A stretch of 64,000 nucleotides of DNA, from assembly GCA_034430775.1 (NCBI GenBank), contig DAOUDU010000248.1, positions 144,120-208,119 on the forward strand, given 5' to 3'. The DNA is from Anaerolineales bacterium (GTDB lineage: Bacteria; Chloroflexota; Anaerolineae; Anaerolineales; RBG-16-64-43). Below, piece after piece: positions 19,249 through 27,411 of the stretch (its first letter is position 1; each line of letters starts with the position of its first letter). Made by a program: the position numbers and the translations under genes. The notes below the pieces were generated by a model. The model saw nothing but the letters and a program-made list of their open reading frames with translations. It did no database searches and was not told the DNA's origin.

Positions 19249-19276
19249 ATTATACGACCGCGGAAGCGCGTGTCAA
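19249..19276 (-). promoter_or_regulatory. consensus sigma70 promoter TTGACA-16-TATAAT (minus strand)
   Basis: Reverse complement of 19249-19276 reads TTGACAcgcgcttccgcggtcgTATAAT. It lies ~220 nt upstream of ATG 19023. Confidence 0.65.
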
Positions 19277-19383
19277 TCCTTTGTTGGATAATGCAAGGAT
19301 ACACCCTTCAAACGTGCATTTTTAGCGGATATTCGCATAGCAGTAATGTTTTTCGTATTTTGGCATGGAGAAAACTAGAGGAT

Positions 19384-19428
19384 AAAGCAATAGGCTCGAC
19401 GGAGAATGACCGTCGAGCCTATTGCTTT
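19384..19428 (-). terminator. 19-bp perfect hairpin downstream of the aldolase gene
   Basis: AAAGCAATAGGCTCGACGG-agaatga-CCGTCGAGCCTATTGCTTT. Confidence 0.7.
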
Positions 19429-19444
19429 ACGTGTTCGGAAGGAA

Positions 19445-20362
19445 TTAGTCGGCGCCCCGATATATGCGGATCAATTGCTCGAAGAGATCCAACGCGGCTT
19501 CACGTGAGCGCTGGAACGCATTGCGGCCGATCATCTGACCGGCGGCGCCGGCATTGCGAATCGCAATTGCCTCGTTAAGGATGATGTCGACATCGCCCCG
19601 CGGACCGCCCGAAAACAGCACAATCCGCCGGCTTTGGAAGGCGCCTTGCATTACATGCCGGATCCGATCCTCAAGCGTTCCCAATTTAACGCCATGTTTT
19701 TCATAGAGAATGCGAGTGTCTTCGTGTTCGATTCGTTCGGTGGGCAGTTTAAGATAGAGAATGTGGGCGCCCATCTGGGCGGCGAGATGCGCGGCGTAGG
19801 TGGTGATATCCGCCGCCGTCTCCGCTTCCTTGGGAATGTTGGCGCCGCGCGGATAGGACCAGCAAATAACCGGCAGGCCGACACTCTTGGCTTGGCGCAC
19901 CACCTCCCGCAACTGCTCGTATAGGATTCGCCGTTTGTTGGTACCGGGATAAATGCCGAATCCCACCGCGGTACAGCCCAGGCGTTGCGCGTCTTCCACC
20001 GTCGCGAATTGGGCCATCATGGGGTCCGGATCCTTATGCAGCAAATCGCGGCCATTGAGTTTCAGGATACATGGTATTTGGCCGGCGTAATCCGCCGCCA
20101 CAGCCTCCAGGAACCCCAGCGGAGCCACATAGGCATTGCAGCCCGCTTCGATCGCCAGTTCGATGTGGTAGCGCGGATCGTAGGCGGCCGGATTATTGCT
20201 AAAGGACCGTCCGGGCCCGTGTTCTATCCCCTGGTCGGCAGGTAACATAAGAATCCGGCCTGTGCCGGCCAGCTTGCCGTGGCATAAGATTCGGTACAGG
20301 TTGGTCCGCACCCCGGGATTTTCGGAGGAATACCAACTGAGAATTTCATCTATTCGGTTCAT
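19445..20362 (-). CDS. class I fructose-bisphosphate aldolase (DhnA/FbaB type)
   Basis: 305 aa. LMLPADQGIEHGP, ILKLNG and ICWSYPRG resemble archaeal-type class I aldolases. Confidence 0.85.
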   Translation of the reverse strand: MNRIDEILSWYSSENPGVRTNLYRILCHGKLAGTGRILMLPADQGIEHGPGRSFSNNPAAYDPRYHIELAIEAGCNAYVAPLGFLEAVAADYAGQIPCILKLNGRDLLHKDPDPMMAQFATVEDAQRLGCTAVGFGIYPGTNKRRILYEQLREVVRQAKSVGLPVICWSYPRGANIPKEAETAADITTYAAHLAAQMGAHILYLKLPTERIEHEDTRILYEKHGVKLGTLEDRIRHVMQGAFQSRRIVLFSGGPRGDVDIILNEAIAIRNAGAAGQMIGRNAFQRSREAALDLFEQLIRIYRGAD

Positions 20363-20424
20363 GGTCCACTCTCCTCACTGAAATCCGTTGACAGTAAGAC
20401 GCCGGGGGCAGGGTGGCGGAATTC

Positions 20425-21594
20425 TTAGTACAGGAACATCGGCTTGCCGAGCATATCGCTGACCCGGGGCCGATAGTTCTCCTTGTCGTAAAGGGCCGAT
20501 ACATCCACACGCTTTTTCCCCTGAACAATCATATCCAGTGGAACGGTGGTATAGATGCCCTGCTGCAACGCGACCATCCGGCCGGTGTGCCCCATGGCAA
20601 CCTGGTCCAATGCGAGGTTCCCGAAGGAGCTGGCCACCATCCGGTCCAGCGCGTCCGGAGCACCGGAGCGCATGATGTAGCCAAGCTGCAGGTACATAAT
20701 GTTTACGCCGGTCCTGCGCTTGACCTCTTCCGCCGTGTAATGGCCGATCCCGCCGAGTTTCTGGTGGCCGTAGGCATCCTCTTCCCCGCGCTGATGAATG
20801 CCTCCGCCGGCTTCCGTCGCCCCTTCGGAAATGGTCATAATCGCATAATGCGAGGGGGAGGCATTCCGGTCGTCCACCAGCAATTTACAGAGCTTATCCA
20901 GGTCAAATGGGACTTCGGATATAATTGCCCGGTCGACATGCGAGAGGTAGGCGGCGAACAGCGAGGTTTCCCCGGAATTCCGCCCGAATAATTCGACTAC
21001 TCCAAGCCGTTCGTGCGACCCGACCGAGGTGCGGAAGTTGGTGATGGCGTCCACCGACCGGGTGACGGCGGTGGAAAACCCGATGCAATAATCGGTTCCA
21101 AAGACGTCGTTATCCATCGTTTTCGGGATGGCGACAGCGCGAAAACCCTCCTGATGCAGCCGACTGGCAAAGGAAAGCGTATCGTCGCCGCCAATTGGAA
21201 TGATCGCTTCCAGCCCGAGCGCTTCCAGAACCCGCAAGGCATGCTTGGTGCAATCGACGGTGCCCTTGGCGTTGTTTACCCGGTCCTCCGTGCGGACATG
21301 CTCCGGCACGTCCGCCGGTTTTACGTTGGAGGGATTGGTACGCGAGGTATGCAGAAATGTTCCGCCGGTCCGGTCGATCTTCCGCACGGTTTCCGGCGAA
21401 AGGGTGAAGGAATACTTGGCTATGGATTCCGGATCGTCCGGGTTGATTCGTAATACGCTCATCCATCCGCGCCGCAAGCCGACAACCTCAATATTGTTTT
21501 CCTGGGCGCGCGTGAGCACTGCCTTGATCGCCACATTCAGGCCGGGGACGTCACCGCCGCCGGTAAGAATGCCTATTTTTAACTTCGGTGCCAT
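20425..21594 (-). CDS. pfp: phosphofructokinase, probably pyrophosphate-dependent
   Basis: Starting at ATG 21594 (AGGAGGAG upstream) gives [25 protein letters not shown] and IPKTMDND carry Asp and Lys at the positions that distinguish PPi- from ATP-dependent PFKs. Confidence 0.88.
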   Translation of the reverse strand: MAPKLKIGILTGGGDVPGLNVAIKAVLTRAQENNIEVVGLRRGWMSVLRINPDDPESIAKYSFTLSPETVRKIDRTGGTFLHTSRTNPSNVKPADVPEHVRTEDRVNNAKGTVDCTKHALRVLEALGLEAIIPIGGDDTLSFASRLHQEGFRAVAIPKTMDNDVFGTDYCIGFSTAVTRSVDAITNFRTSVGSHERLGVVELFGRNSGETSLFAAYLSHVDRAIISEVPFDLDKLCKLLVDDRNASPSHYAIMTISEGATEAGGGIHQRGEEDAYGHQKLGGIGHYTAEEVKRRTGVNIMYLQLGYIMRSGAPDALDRMVASSFGNLALDQVAMGHTGRMVALQQGIYTTVPLDMIVQGKKRVDVSALYDKENYRPRVSDMLGKPMFLY

Positions 21595-21648
21595 ATCCGT
21601 ACTCCTCCTGGAAAAGGATGTGCTGAAAAACAGGCGTAAACTCGTGCC

Positions 21649-21677
21649 ATTGTACAGCGGGATTCGGTTTTTTCCAA
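21649..21677 (-). promoter_or_regulatory. sigma70-type promoter TTGGAA-17-TACAAT (minus strand)
   Basis: Reverse complement reads TTGGAAaaaaccgaatcccgctgTACAAT. It lies ~50 nt upstream of the pfk start. Confidence 0.45.
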
Positions 21678-21813
21678 GGGAATTCGTTATGGTATAACCA
21701 TGCCGTTGCCTCGCGCCGCGACATTCGCTTCCAAGACCGGGGATAGGTATAATTGGGATAATTTTACGGCCTGAGATGGAATCGGCCGGCACAGGACCGG
21801 CCGCGGGAGAATA

Positions 21814-22416
21814 ATGGGCGAGGAAATTTCATCCATTAAGCAGAAATTAAATCAATTCCTTATCGCGGAGTTTGGAATCGACAGCGAAGGCGGGACACGC
21901 CCGGCGACGGATTCCTGGCCTTTCGTCTTGATGCCGGTCGGACGCATCAGCCCGGGGCCGGGCGAACCGGATGTGTTTCGATTCGAACTTGAAGAACCCT
22001 ATTTCGTCATTGATATTGGATCTCCCCATTATTACCCGGTTGCCGGCATGTCGCTTCCGGATCTGGTGATGCAATTTGCCGGCGCATCCTGGCTTGCTTC
22101 CCATGAACCGATCGACCTTTCCACCTCCGCTACCGGCCTGCTCGGCGTGCCCTCCATTCCCGAACGCCGCGAAGCGGTTACCTCCCTGGTGACAACCTCC
22201 TTCGGGACGGAAGCCAGCTTTAAGATACTGGAATGCATTTATCTCCGAAAGGCCATGCGATACTATGCGCTTGTGGAAATGTCTGATTCGAAGATGGTTT
22301 ACCTTATCGGCAGCGGGATTGACCCGGTGAAAGTTCTGTATCCTATGGCTTCCGGCTGGCGCCGGCTTGCGCTCGGGGTGGGGCAGTGCCTTCGCGAAGG
22401 AAAATTGGCCGACTAG
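21814..22416 (+). CDS. hypothetical protein
   Basis: 200-aa ORF with coding-like composition. No recognised motif. Confidence 0.6.
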   Translation: MGEEISSIKQKLNQFLIAEFGIDSEGGTRPATDSWPFVLMPVGRISPGPGEPDVFRFELEEPYFVIDIGSPHYYPVAGMSLPDLVMQFAGASWLASHEPIDLSTSATGLLGVPSIPERREAVTSLVTTSFGTEASFKILECIYLRKAMRYYALVEMSDSKMVYLIGSGIDPVKVLYPMASGWRRLALGVGQCLREGKLAD

Positions 22417-22600
22417 AAAATCCTTTCCTTTTTGTAATTAAATATTGCCTCACCTCCACGACGTGAAGAATTCTATAGCACCCATGATAGGGCAGAGACA
22501 AAAAGCATTATGGCTTGCACTTGAAAAAGATATAATCCGTGATATTATTATGTAAGCTAATGGTTATTATATTACTTATAAAGAGGCTAAAATAAGATTT

Positions 22601-23638
22601 ATGAAAATCAAACAGGCTGTGGATGTTTTTTTTACTGAATTCCATTTTCCCAGGGAGTCCAAGAATACCAAACGCACGTATAAATCCGCCTTGAATAAGT
22701 TCCTTTCCTATGCCGAAGAAGTTCACATATTAATGAAGGAAGTCTCTAGCTTGGATTCTTCTATTATCAACCGTTTCGGTGTTTGGCTGGTGGGTAATGG
22801 TCTGACAGAATATACACAGAATATATATGAAAGCGCTTTACGGAGAGCCGTTAATTTTTGGAGAATGAAAGGATGGATTAACTTTTCTACAGATAATGAA
22901 AAAGAAACGAGATTGGCTATGCGCATTCAGTCGAAAAAGAAGGATTTCGCAGGATCTTCGCGTGTCGGCCGTGTACCTGAGGATTTTGGCGACAAGATGG
23001 CCTCCATTGCGGATTCTCAACCCCTCCCGACTGAAAAAAACCGGCTCGCCCTGTTGAAGATCCTTCGCGACAAAGCCCTGGTCCATTTCCTGCGCGCTAC
23101 GGGCCTTCGCATCGGAGACGCCTGCCGCTTCTCACGGAGTGATTTTCAAAACGCCAAAGCCCACGAAGGGTATTTCACGCTCCAGATGCAAAAAACCGGT
23201 TCGTTGGCTCATTGCCTGCTCGGCGAACCCGCCATCGAGGCTATCGAACACTATCTCAAGGCGCGCAACGATGCCTCGCCGTGGATTTTCATCCAGCATG
23301 GCCGGGCGGGAAAATCACGCACTGGAACAAGCCAGTTTTTTCGAACCTCCATCAGGGGCTATGGCGCTAAAATCTCACCCAAAACCGCCTGGGAGATCAT
23401 CCGCCGGATCGGCCGGCAGGCGTATGGGTATAAAACGACCCAGTTCATCTCCCCGCATGCATTCCGCCACTGGCACGCCCAGACGCTCATCCGCGCCGGT
23501 GCCCAATTGGAGGACGTCCAATCCGTGCTTGGGCATTCGACCCCCGTCATCACCAAACAGATCTATGCGCCCGAACCCAACCTCTCGAGGATTTCGGAAA
23601 CCGAACGATTGATTCAAAAGAAAAAACCCGCAGAGTAA
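22601..23638 (+). CDS. tyrosine recombinase / phage-type integrase
   Basis: Catalytic signature ATGLRIGDA ... HAFRHWHAQTLIRAG ... LGHSTPVITKQIY. Confidence 0.88.
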   Translation: MKIKQAVDVFFTEFHFPRESKNTKRTYKSALNKFLSYAEEVHILMKEVSSLDSSIINRFGVWLVGNGLTEYTQNIYESALRRAVNFWRMKGWINFSTDNEKETRLAMRIQSKKKDFAGSSRVGRVPEDFGDKMASIADSQPLPTEKNRLALLKILRDKALVHFLRATGLRIGDACRFSRSDFQNAKAHEGYFTLQMQKTGSLAHCLLGEPAIEAIEHYLKARNDASPWIFIQHGRAGKSRTGTSQFFRTSIRGYGAKISPKTAWEIIRRIGRQAYGYKTTQFISPHAFRHWHAQTLIRAGAQLEDVQSVLGHSTPVITKQIYAPEPNLSRISETERLIQKKKPAE

Positions 23639-23652
23639 CAATTCTGCGGGTT
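23617..23652 (-). terminator. intrinsic terminator for the hisS-tRNA-His transcript
   Basis: The minus strand reads AACCCGCAGAattgttacTCTGCGGGTTTTTTCTTTT. It overlaps the last codons of the integrase gene. Confidence 0.55.
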
Positions 23653-23752
23653 GGATGGTTTGTCTACAAAAAAAATATATATTCGTAGTTCGCCGAATGC
23701 AAGCGCTTGCGGTTTTTCCCGGTGTACTCCGTGTATTGTTCAAAGAAAAAAA

Positions 23753-23828
23753 GGGGTGGCTGACGGGGATTGAACCCGCAACACCTGGATCCACAGTCCA
23801 GCGCTCTGCCGATTGAGCTACAGCCACC
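23753..23828 (-). tRNA. tRNA-His (GTG)
   Basis: Hand-folded cloverleaf. G-1, acceptor [15 protein letters not shown] stem GCTC/GAGC, anticodon stem CTGGA/TCCAG with loop CTGTGGA, and T arm GCGGG-TTCAATC-CCCGT. Confidence 0.9.
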
Positions 23829-23854
23829 ATGCGGCCGTGAAGCGTAAAATTCTA

Positions 23855-25141
23855 TCATTCGGCTTGTCTTCCGGCAAGCCTCTTTCGTATTTCTTGCACC
23901 AGTGCGTCCATGCCTACCGTTACCTGATCGCGCGCTGTCAGGTCTTTTAAGGTCGCCTTCCCGTCGCGGATTTCATCCGGACCGGCGATCACCGCCAAGG
24001 GTATTCCCAACGAATCCGCGTACTTCAATTGTTTGGGCAAGCGTTCCGCCGAGGGATACCATTCCGCGGCGATCCCGGACTTCCGCAACGCCATCGCGAT
24101 TTTCATCGCGGCGTCGCGTTCCTCCGCGGAAAATGTTGTGACGAGAACCTCCGCCGGTACGACCCGTAAGGCGGGCTCCTTCCCGGTTTTCTTCAGGACC
24201 AATCCGATGATCAAATCCCCCATCGCGAATCCCACCCCGGGAAGCCGCTCGCCGCCGACATCCGCCACAAGGTTGTCGTACCGGCCGCCGCCCAGAATCG
24301 CGCGGAATTCACCCGCTGTGTCGCGCGCTTCAAAGACGGTTCCGGTGTAGTAATCCAGCCCGCGGATGACAGCAGGATTATATTCCACGTAGTCCCGCAC
24401 GCCGAACAACTCCATGGCGGCGAAGAACTCTCTCAACTCGCCGGATTGTTTCCATAATTCGTGGTTTCCAAGGAGAGCCTGCAGACCGCGGACCTGTTCC
24501 GCGAGTAATCCGGACTCACGGGCATAAGCTTCCCATGCGGCCGGTGTCATTTTTTCCTTTTTATCAATCAACCGGAACGCTTCGGCGCGGTTTTCATCGC
24601 TGATCCCAAGTCCCGAAAGCGCCCCTTCCATCAGCCGCCGGTTGTTCACCTGAAGTTTTACATCCAGCGCCGTCAGGTTCACCGACCGGAAGAACTCGCA
24701 GATGACGGCCGCAATTTCGGCATCCGCCTGCGGGTTGTCGACCCCGATCAGGTCAAGGTTCCATTGGAAGAACTCTCGCGTTCTTCCCTTTTGCGGCCGC
24801 TCGTAGCGCCAGAATGGCCCGAACGACCACCACCGGACGGGAAACGTCAATTGGCCGATCCTCGCTGAAACCATCCGCGCCAGCGAAGGAGTCAACTCCG
24901 GCCGCAGGGTGATCTCCTCTCCGCCCCGGTCCTTGAAGACAAACGCCTGTTCCTTCACAAGCTCTTCGCCTGATTTAGCCGCGTACAACTCAAGCGTTTC
25001 TAGGAACGGCGCTTCAAATTCCTGATACCCGAACCTGCGCGAAACCTCCCGCGCTTGGGCATACAGCCAGTTGCGGAACGCCATGTCCGCCGGGTAATAA
25101 TCCCGCGTTCCTTTGACCGGGTTTTGTTTTTTCATCGTCAT
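23855..25141 (-). CDS. hisS: histidine--tRNA ligase
   Basis: Motifs KGTRDYYP, RYERPQKGRTREFFQWNLDLIG and GGGRYD. Confidence 0.93.
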   Translation of the reverse strand: MTMKKQNPVKGTRDYYPADMAFRNWLYAQAREVSRRFGYQEFEAPFLETLELYAAKSGEELVKEQAFVFKDRGGEEITLRPELTPSLARMVSARIGQLTFPVRWWSFGPFWRYERPQKGRTREFFQWNLDLIGVDNPQADAEIAAVICEFFRSVNLTALDVKLQVNNRRLMEGALSGLGISDENRAEAFRLIDKKEKMTPAAWEAYARESGLLAEQVRGLQALLGNHELWKQSGELREFFAAMELFGVRDYVEYNPAVIRGLDYYTGTVFEARDTAGEFRAILGGGRYDNLVADVGGERLPGVGFAMGDLIIGLVLKKTGKEPALRVVPAEVLVTTFSAEERDAAMKIAMALRKSGIAAEWYPSAERLPKQLKYADSLGIPLAVIAGPDEIRDGKATLKDLTARDQVTVGMDALVQEIRKRLAGRQAE

Positions 25142-25278
25142 CTCCGACAGCTGGGAAGGCGTAATTTCTGGGTCCGTTTTCCCGGGTGAGATCCTTTTTT
25201 TAAAAATGGGCTGGTCCGATTATATAGCAGGTCCGGGAAAGGGCTCCGCTTCTGCCACCCGCTTCGCGAACGGTGGAT

Positions 25279-25306
25279 GAAAAAAGCGACCGATCTTTTG
25301 GTCGCT
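25279..25306 (-). terminator. intrinsic terminator after tRNA-Pro
   Basis: The minus strand reads AGCGACCaaaagatcGGTCGCTTTTTT. Confidence 0.7.
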
Positions 25307-25309
25307 TAT

Positions 25310-25386
<77 letters not shown>

Positions 25387-25464
25387 GAAGCGGACATTAT
25401 ATCCGGCCTTTGACGCTTTGACCAGATCCGACCCTCCTCCCACCGGCAACAGAGCCCGACAGGT

Positions 25465-25542
25465 TGACCATCGACGATCAACCATCGAATCACAACCCAT
25501 CGCAAGCGTTTTTAAATTATCTCTCGTCCATGGTCGATCGCC
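25465..25542. repeat. family-2 inverted-repeat element, copy B
   Basis: GACCATCGACGA (25466-25477) pairs with TCGTCCATGGTC (25524-25535). It shares the 15-mer TGACCATCGACGATC with the copy at 4002-4016. Confidence 0.6.
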
Positions 25543-25549
25543 AGGGCTT

Positions 25550-26206
25550 CTATGCGTTCACATCCAGGCGGAAGCCGTGCCCGCGAATGGTAAGTATGAA
25601 TTCCCGGTCCGGATCCACTTCTTTTAACCGGTCGCGCAGGCGTCGGACCAATGCATCGATTGCCTGGTCGGTGACCCCTTCCGTTTCCTCGCCCGGCCAG
25701 ACGGTCCCGATGACGTCCTCGCGCGTCACCAGCCCCCCGCTCCGCATAACGAGCATTTCCAGGAATCGATATTGGTGGATCGAAAGTGGAGGATCCAACA
25801 GCGAATCGCTCACCGATACGGAATGCTCAACCGGATTCAGCCGGATGCGCCCTTGGCGAGGCGGCGCGCCGTCGTACTCAAGCGGGACCGTCGAATCCGA
25901 TGCGACATACACGAAACCGGCGGCCAGCGCGATCTGGACCAGATCGCCGTCCTTCAATTCAACTTCATCTTTTAACGGCACGCCGTTGACGCAAGTGCCG
26001 TTTTTACTGGCGAGATCGCTGATAAATGTTTTTCCGGCGCGGCGGTCCACTTTCGCATGGCGGCGCGACACCTGCCGGTCGTCAATAACGACTTCGCAAC
26101 CGCTATCCCGGCCGAGTGTGACGCCCTCCGGAGGAATGATCCAACGGTTGCCCTGAACCGGGCCGGATTGTCCGATCAGAACGGGTGCTTCTGCTTTTGA
26201 GTCCAT
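25550..26206 (-). CDS. FHA domain + OmpR/PhoB-type winged-helix DNA-binding protein
   Basis: N-terminal FHA: TLGRDSGCEVVIDDRQVSRRHAKV...DLASKNGTCVNG. C-terminal trans_reg_C: LSIHQYRFLEML...VTREDVIGTVWPG...VTDQAIDALVRRLRDRL...ILTIRGHGFRL. Confidence 0.88.
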   Translation of the reverse strand: MDSKAEAPVLIGQSGPVQGNRWIIPPEGVTLGRDSGCEVVIDDRQVSRRHAKVDRRAGKTFISDLASKNGTCVNGVPLKDEVELKDGDLVQIALAAGFVYVASDSTVPLEYDGAPPRQGRIRLNPVEHSVSVSDSLLDPPLSIHQYRFLEMLVMRSGGLVTREDVIGTVWPGEETEGVTDQAIDALVRRLRDRLKEVDPDREFILTIRGHGFRLDVNA

Positions 26207-26346
26207 AGGTTATAATTCTTTTTGTTGTCCGCATAATGCCGGAGCCTGCCATCCAGCTCCCTTGCGGCGAAAATCCAAAAGGAATTCGATTTCCTCCCTT
26301 CCACAGAGACATCGTCCGCCGGGGGATCGAAAAATCCGTCAATCCT

Positions 26347-27345
26347 ATGCCCAAGTTATTACAGGCAAATCACCTGCTGAAAAACCGCTACCGCGTGCTG
26401 TCCGTCATCGGACACGGCGGGATGGGCGCCATCTACCTTTCGGCCGACGAGCGCCTCACCGGGCGGAACTGCGCCATCAAGGAAGTGGAGCAGGATCCTG
26501 GATTGCCGGAAAATCTCCAGCAGGAAGCCCGGGGACAATTTTACCGGGAAGCCAGTATTCTTGCCCGCCTGGACCATCCCAACCTTCCAAAAGTATCAGA
26601 TTTCTTCTCTTCCGGCAATCGTGATTACCTGGTCATGGATTTTATCCCGGGCCAGGACCTTCGCAGCAAGGTGGAGGACACCCGCCAGCTGGGGAAATTC
26701 CTCGATGCGGAGGACATTCTCGGTTGGACAGCCCAGTTGTGCGACGCGCTGGAATATCTGCATAATCAGTCGCCCGCTATTTTGCACCGGGATATAAAAC
26801 CCGGAAATATCCGCGTGACACCAAACGGTCTGGTAAAACTCGTCGACTTTGGATTGGTAAAAGTGCTGGTTCCTGATGAAATGACGATCACGGTGATGCA
26901 GGGTCGCGGAACGGCTGTGTATACGCCGCTCGAACAATACGGCGGGGATACGGGGCACACGGACATCCGCAGCGATATCTACGCCTTGGGTTGCACGGTG
27001 TACCATTTGTTCACGGGCCAGGCCCCCCCCGAAGCAAAGCAACGGTTCCTTGATCCGGATTCCCTGATCCCGCTTCGGCATCAAAACCCCCGCGTGACGC
27101 CGGAAATCGAGCGGACGGTGTTGTGGGCTATGGCGCTGCATCCGGACGATCGTCCTGCGACGGTCAGAGATTTCCGCAACGCCCTGTTTGGAGACAATCC
27201 TCCCCCCACACCAACGGTTCCGGCCGCGCGGTATCAAAAACCACTAAGCAAGCCGCTTCTTCCGCTATCGCCGCCGGACCGTGTGTTGGCCGTGATCGGT
27301 ATTTCCCTCTTCGTTATTGCGGTGCTATCCAGTATTCTCACTTGA
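26347..27345 (+). CDS. Ser/Thr protein kinase with C-terminal membrane anchor
   Basis: Motifs GHGGMGAIYL, AIKEV, HRDIKPGNI and DFGLVK, with tail TM VLAVIGISLFVIAVLSSIL. ATG 26347 is preferred to the track start at 26236. Confidence 0.9.
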   Translation: MPKLLQANHLLKNRYRVLSVIGHGGMGAIYLSADERLTGRNCAIKEVEQDPGLPENLQQEARGQFYREASILARLDHPNLPKVSDFFSSGNRDYLVMDFIPGQDLRSKVEDTRQLGKFLDAEDILGWTAQLCDALEYLHNQSPAILHRDIKPGNIRVTPNGLVKLVDFGLVKVLVPDEMTITVMQGRGTAVYTPLEQYGGDTGHTDIRSDIYALGCTVYHLFTGQAPPEAKQRFLDPDSLIPLRHQNPRVTPEIERTVLWAMALHPDDRPATVRDFRNALFGDNPPPTPTVPAARYQKPLSKPLLPLSPPDRVLAVIGISLFVIAVLSSILT

Positions 27346-27347
27346 CT

Positions 27348-27405
27348 CCACGAAGAACACAAGGCCCGCCGGCGTTGTCTAAGGCGGGCTTCGTTTTCTT
27401 CGGTG
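27348..27405. repeat. family-1 inverted-repeat element, copy B; bidirectional terminator-like
   Basis: CCACGAAGAACACAAGGCCCGCC-loop-GGCGGGCTTCGTTTTCTTCGGTG. It shares the 14-mer TCCACGAAGAACAC with copy A. Confidence 0.65.
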
Positions 27406-27411
27406 ATATTT

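Larger units (their letters stand above)
22417..23752. mobile_element. lone integrase module abutting the 3' end of tRNA-His (integrative-element remnant?)
   Basis: An AT-rich stretch from 22420 to ~22960 sits in an otherwise GC-rich window. The tyrosine recombinase gene points toward the tRNA 3' end. No cargo genes and no direct repeat of the tRNA 3' end were found. Confidence 0.35.

Noticed and set aside
23375-23858. ORFs 23375-23830 and 23664-23858 on the minus strand.
   Set aside because: They run through the tRNA-His gene and the integrase 3' end. The tRNA cloverleaf explains the sequence.
25142-25278. T-box leader upstream of hisS.
   Set aside because: The leader is only ~90-130 nt. 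I saw no specifier-loop or T-box (AANNNGGTGGNACCGCG-like) sequence and no terminator/antiterminator pair.
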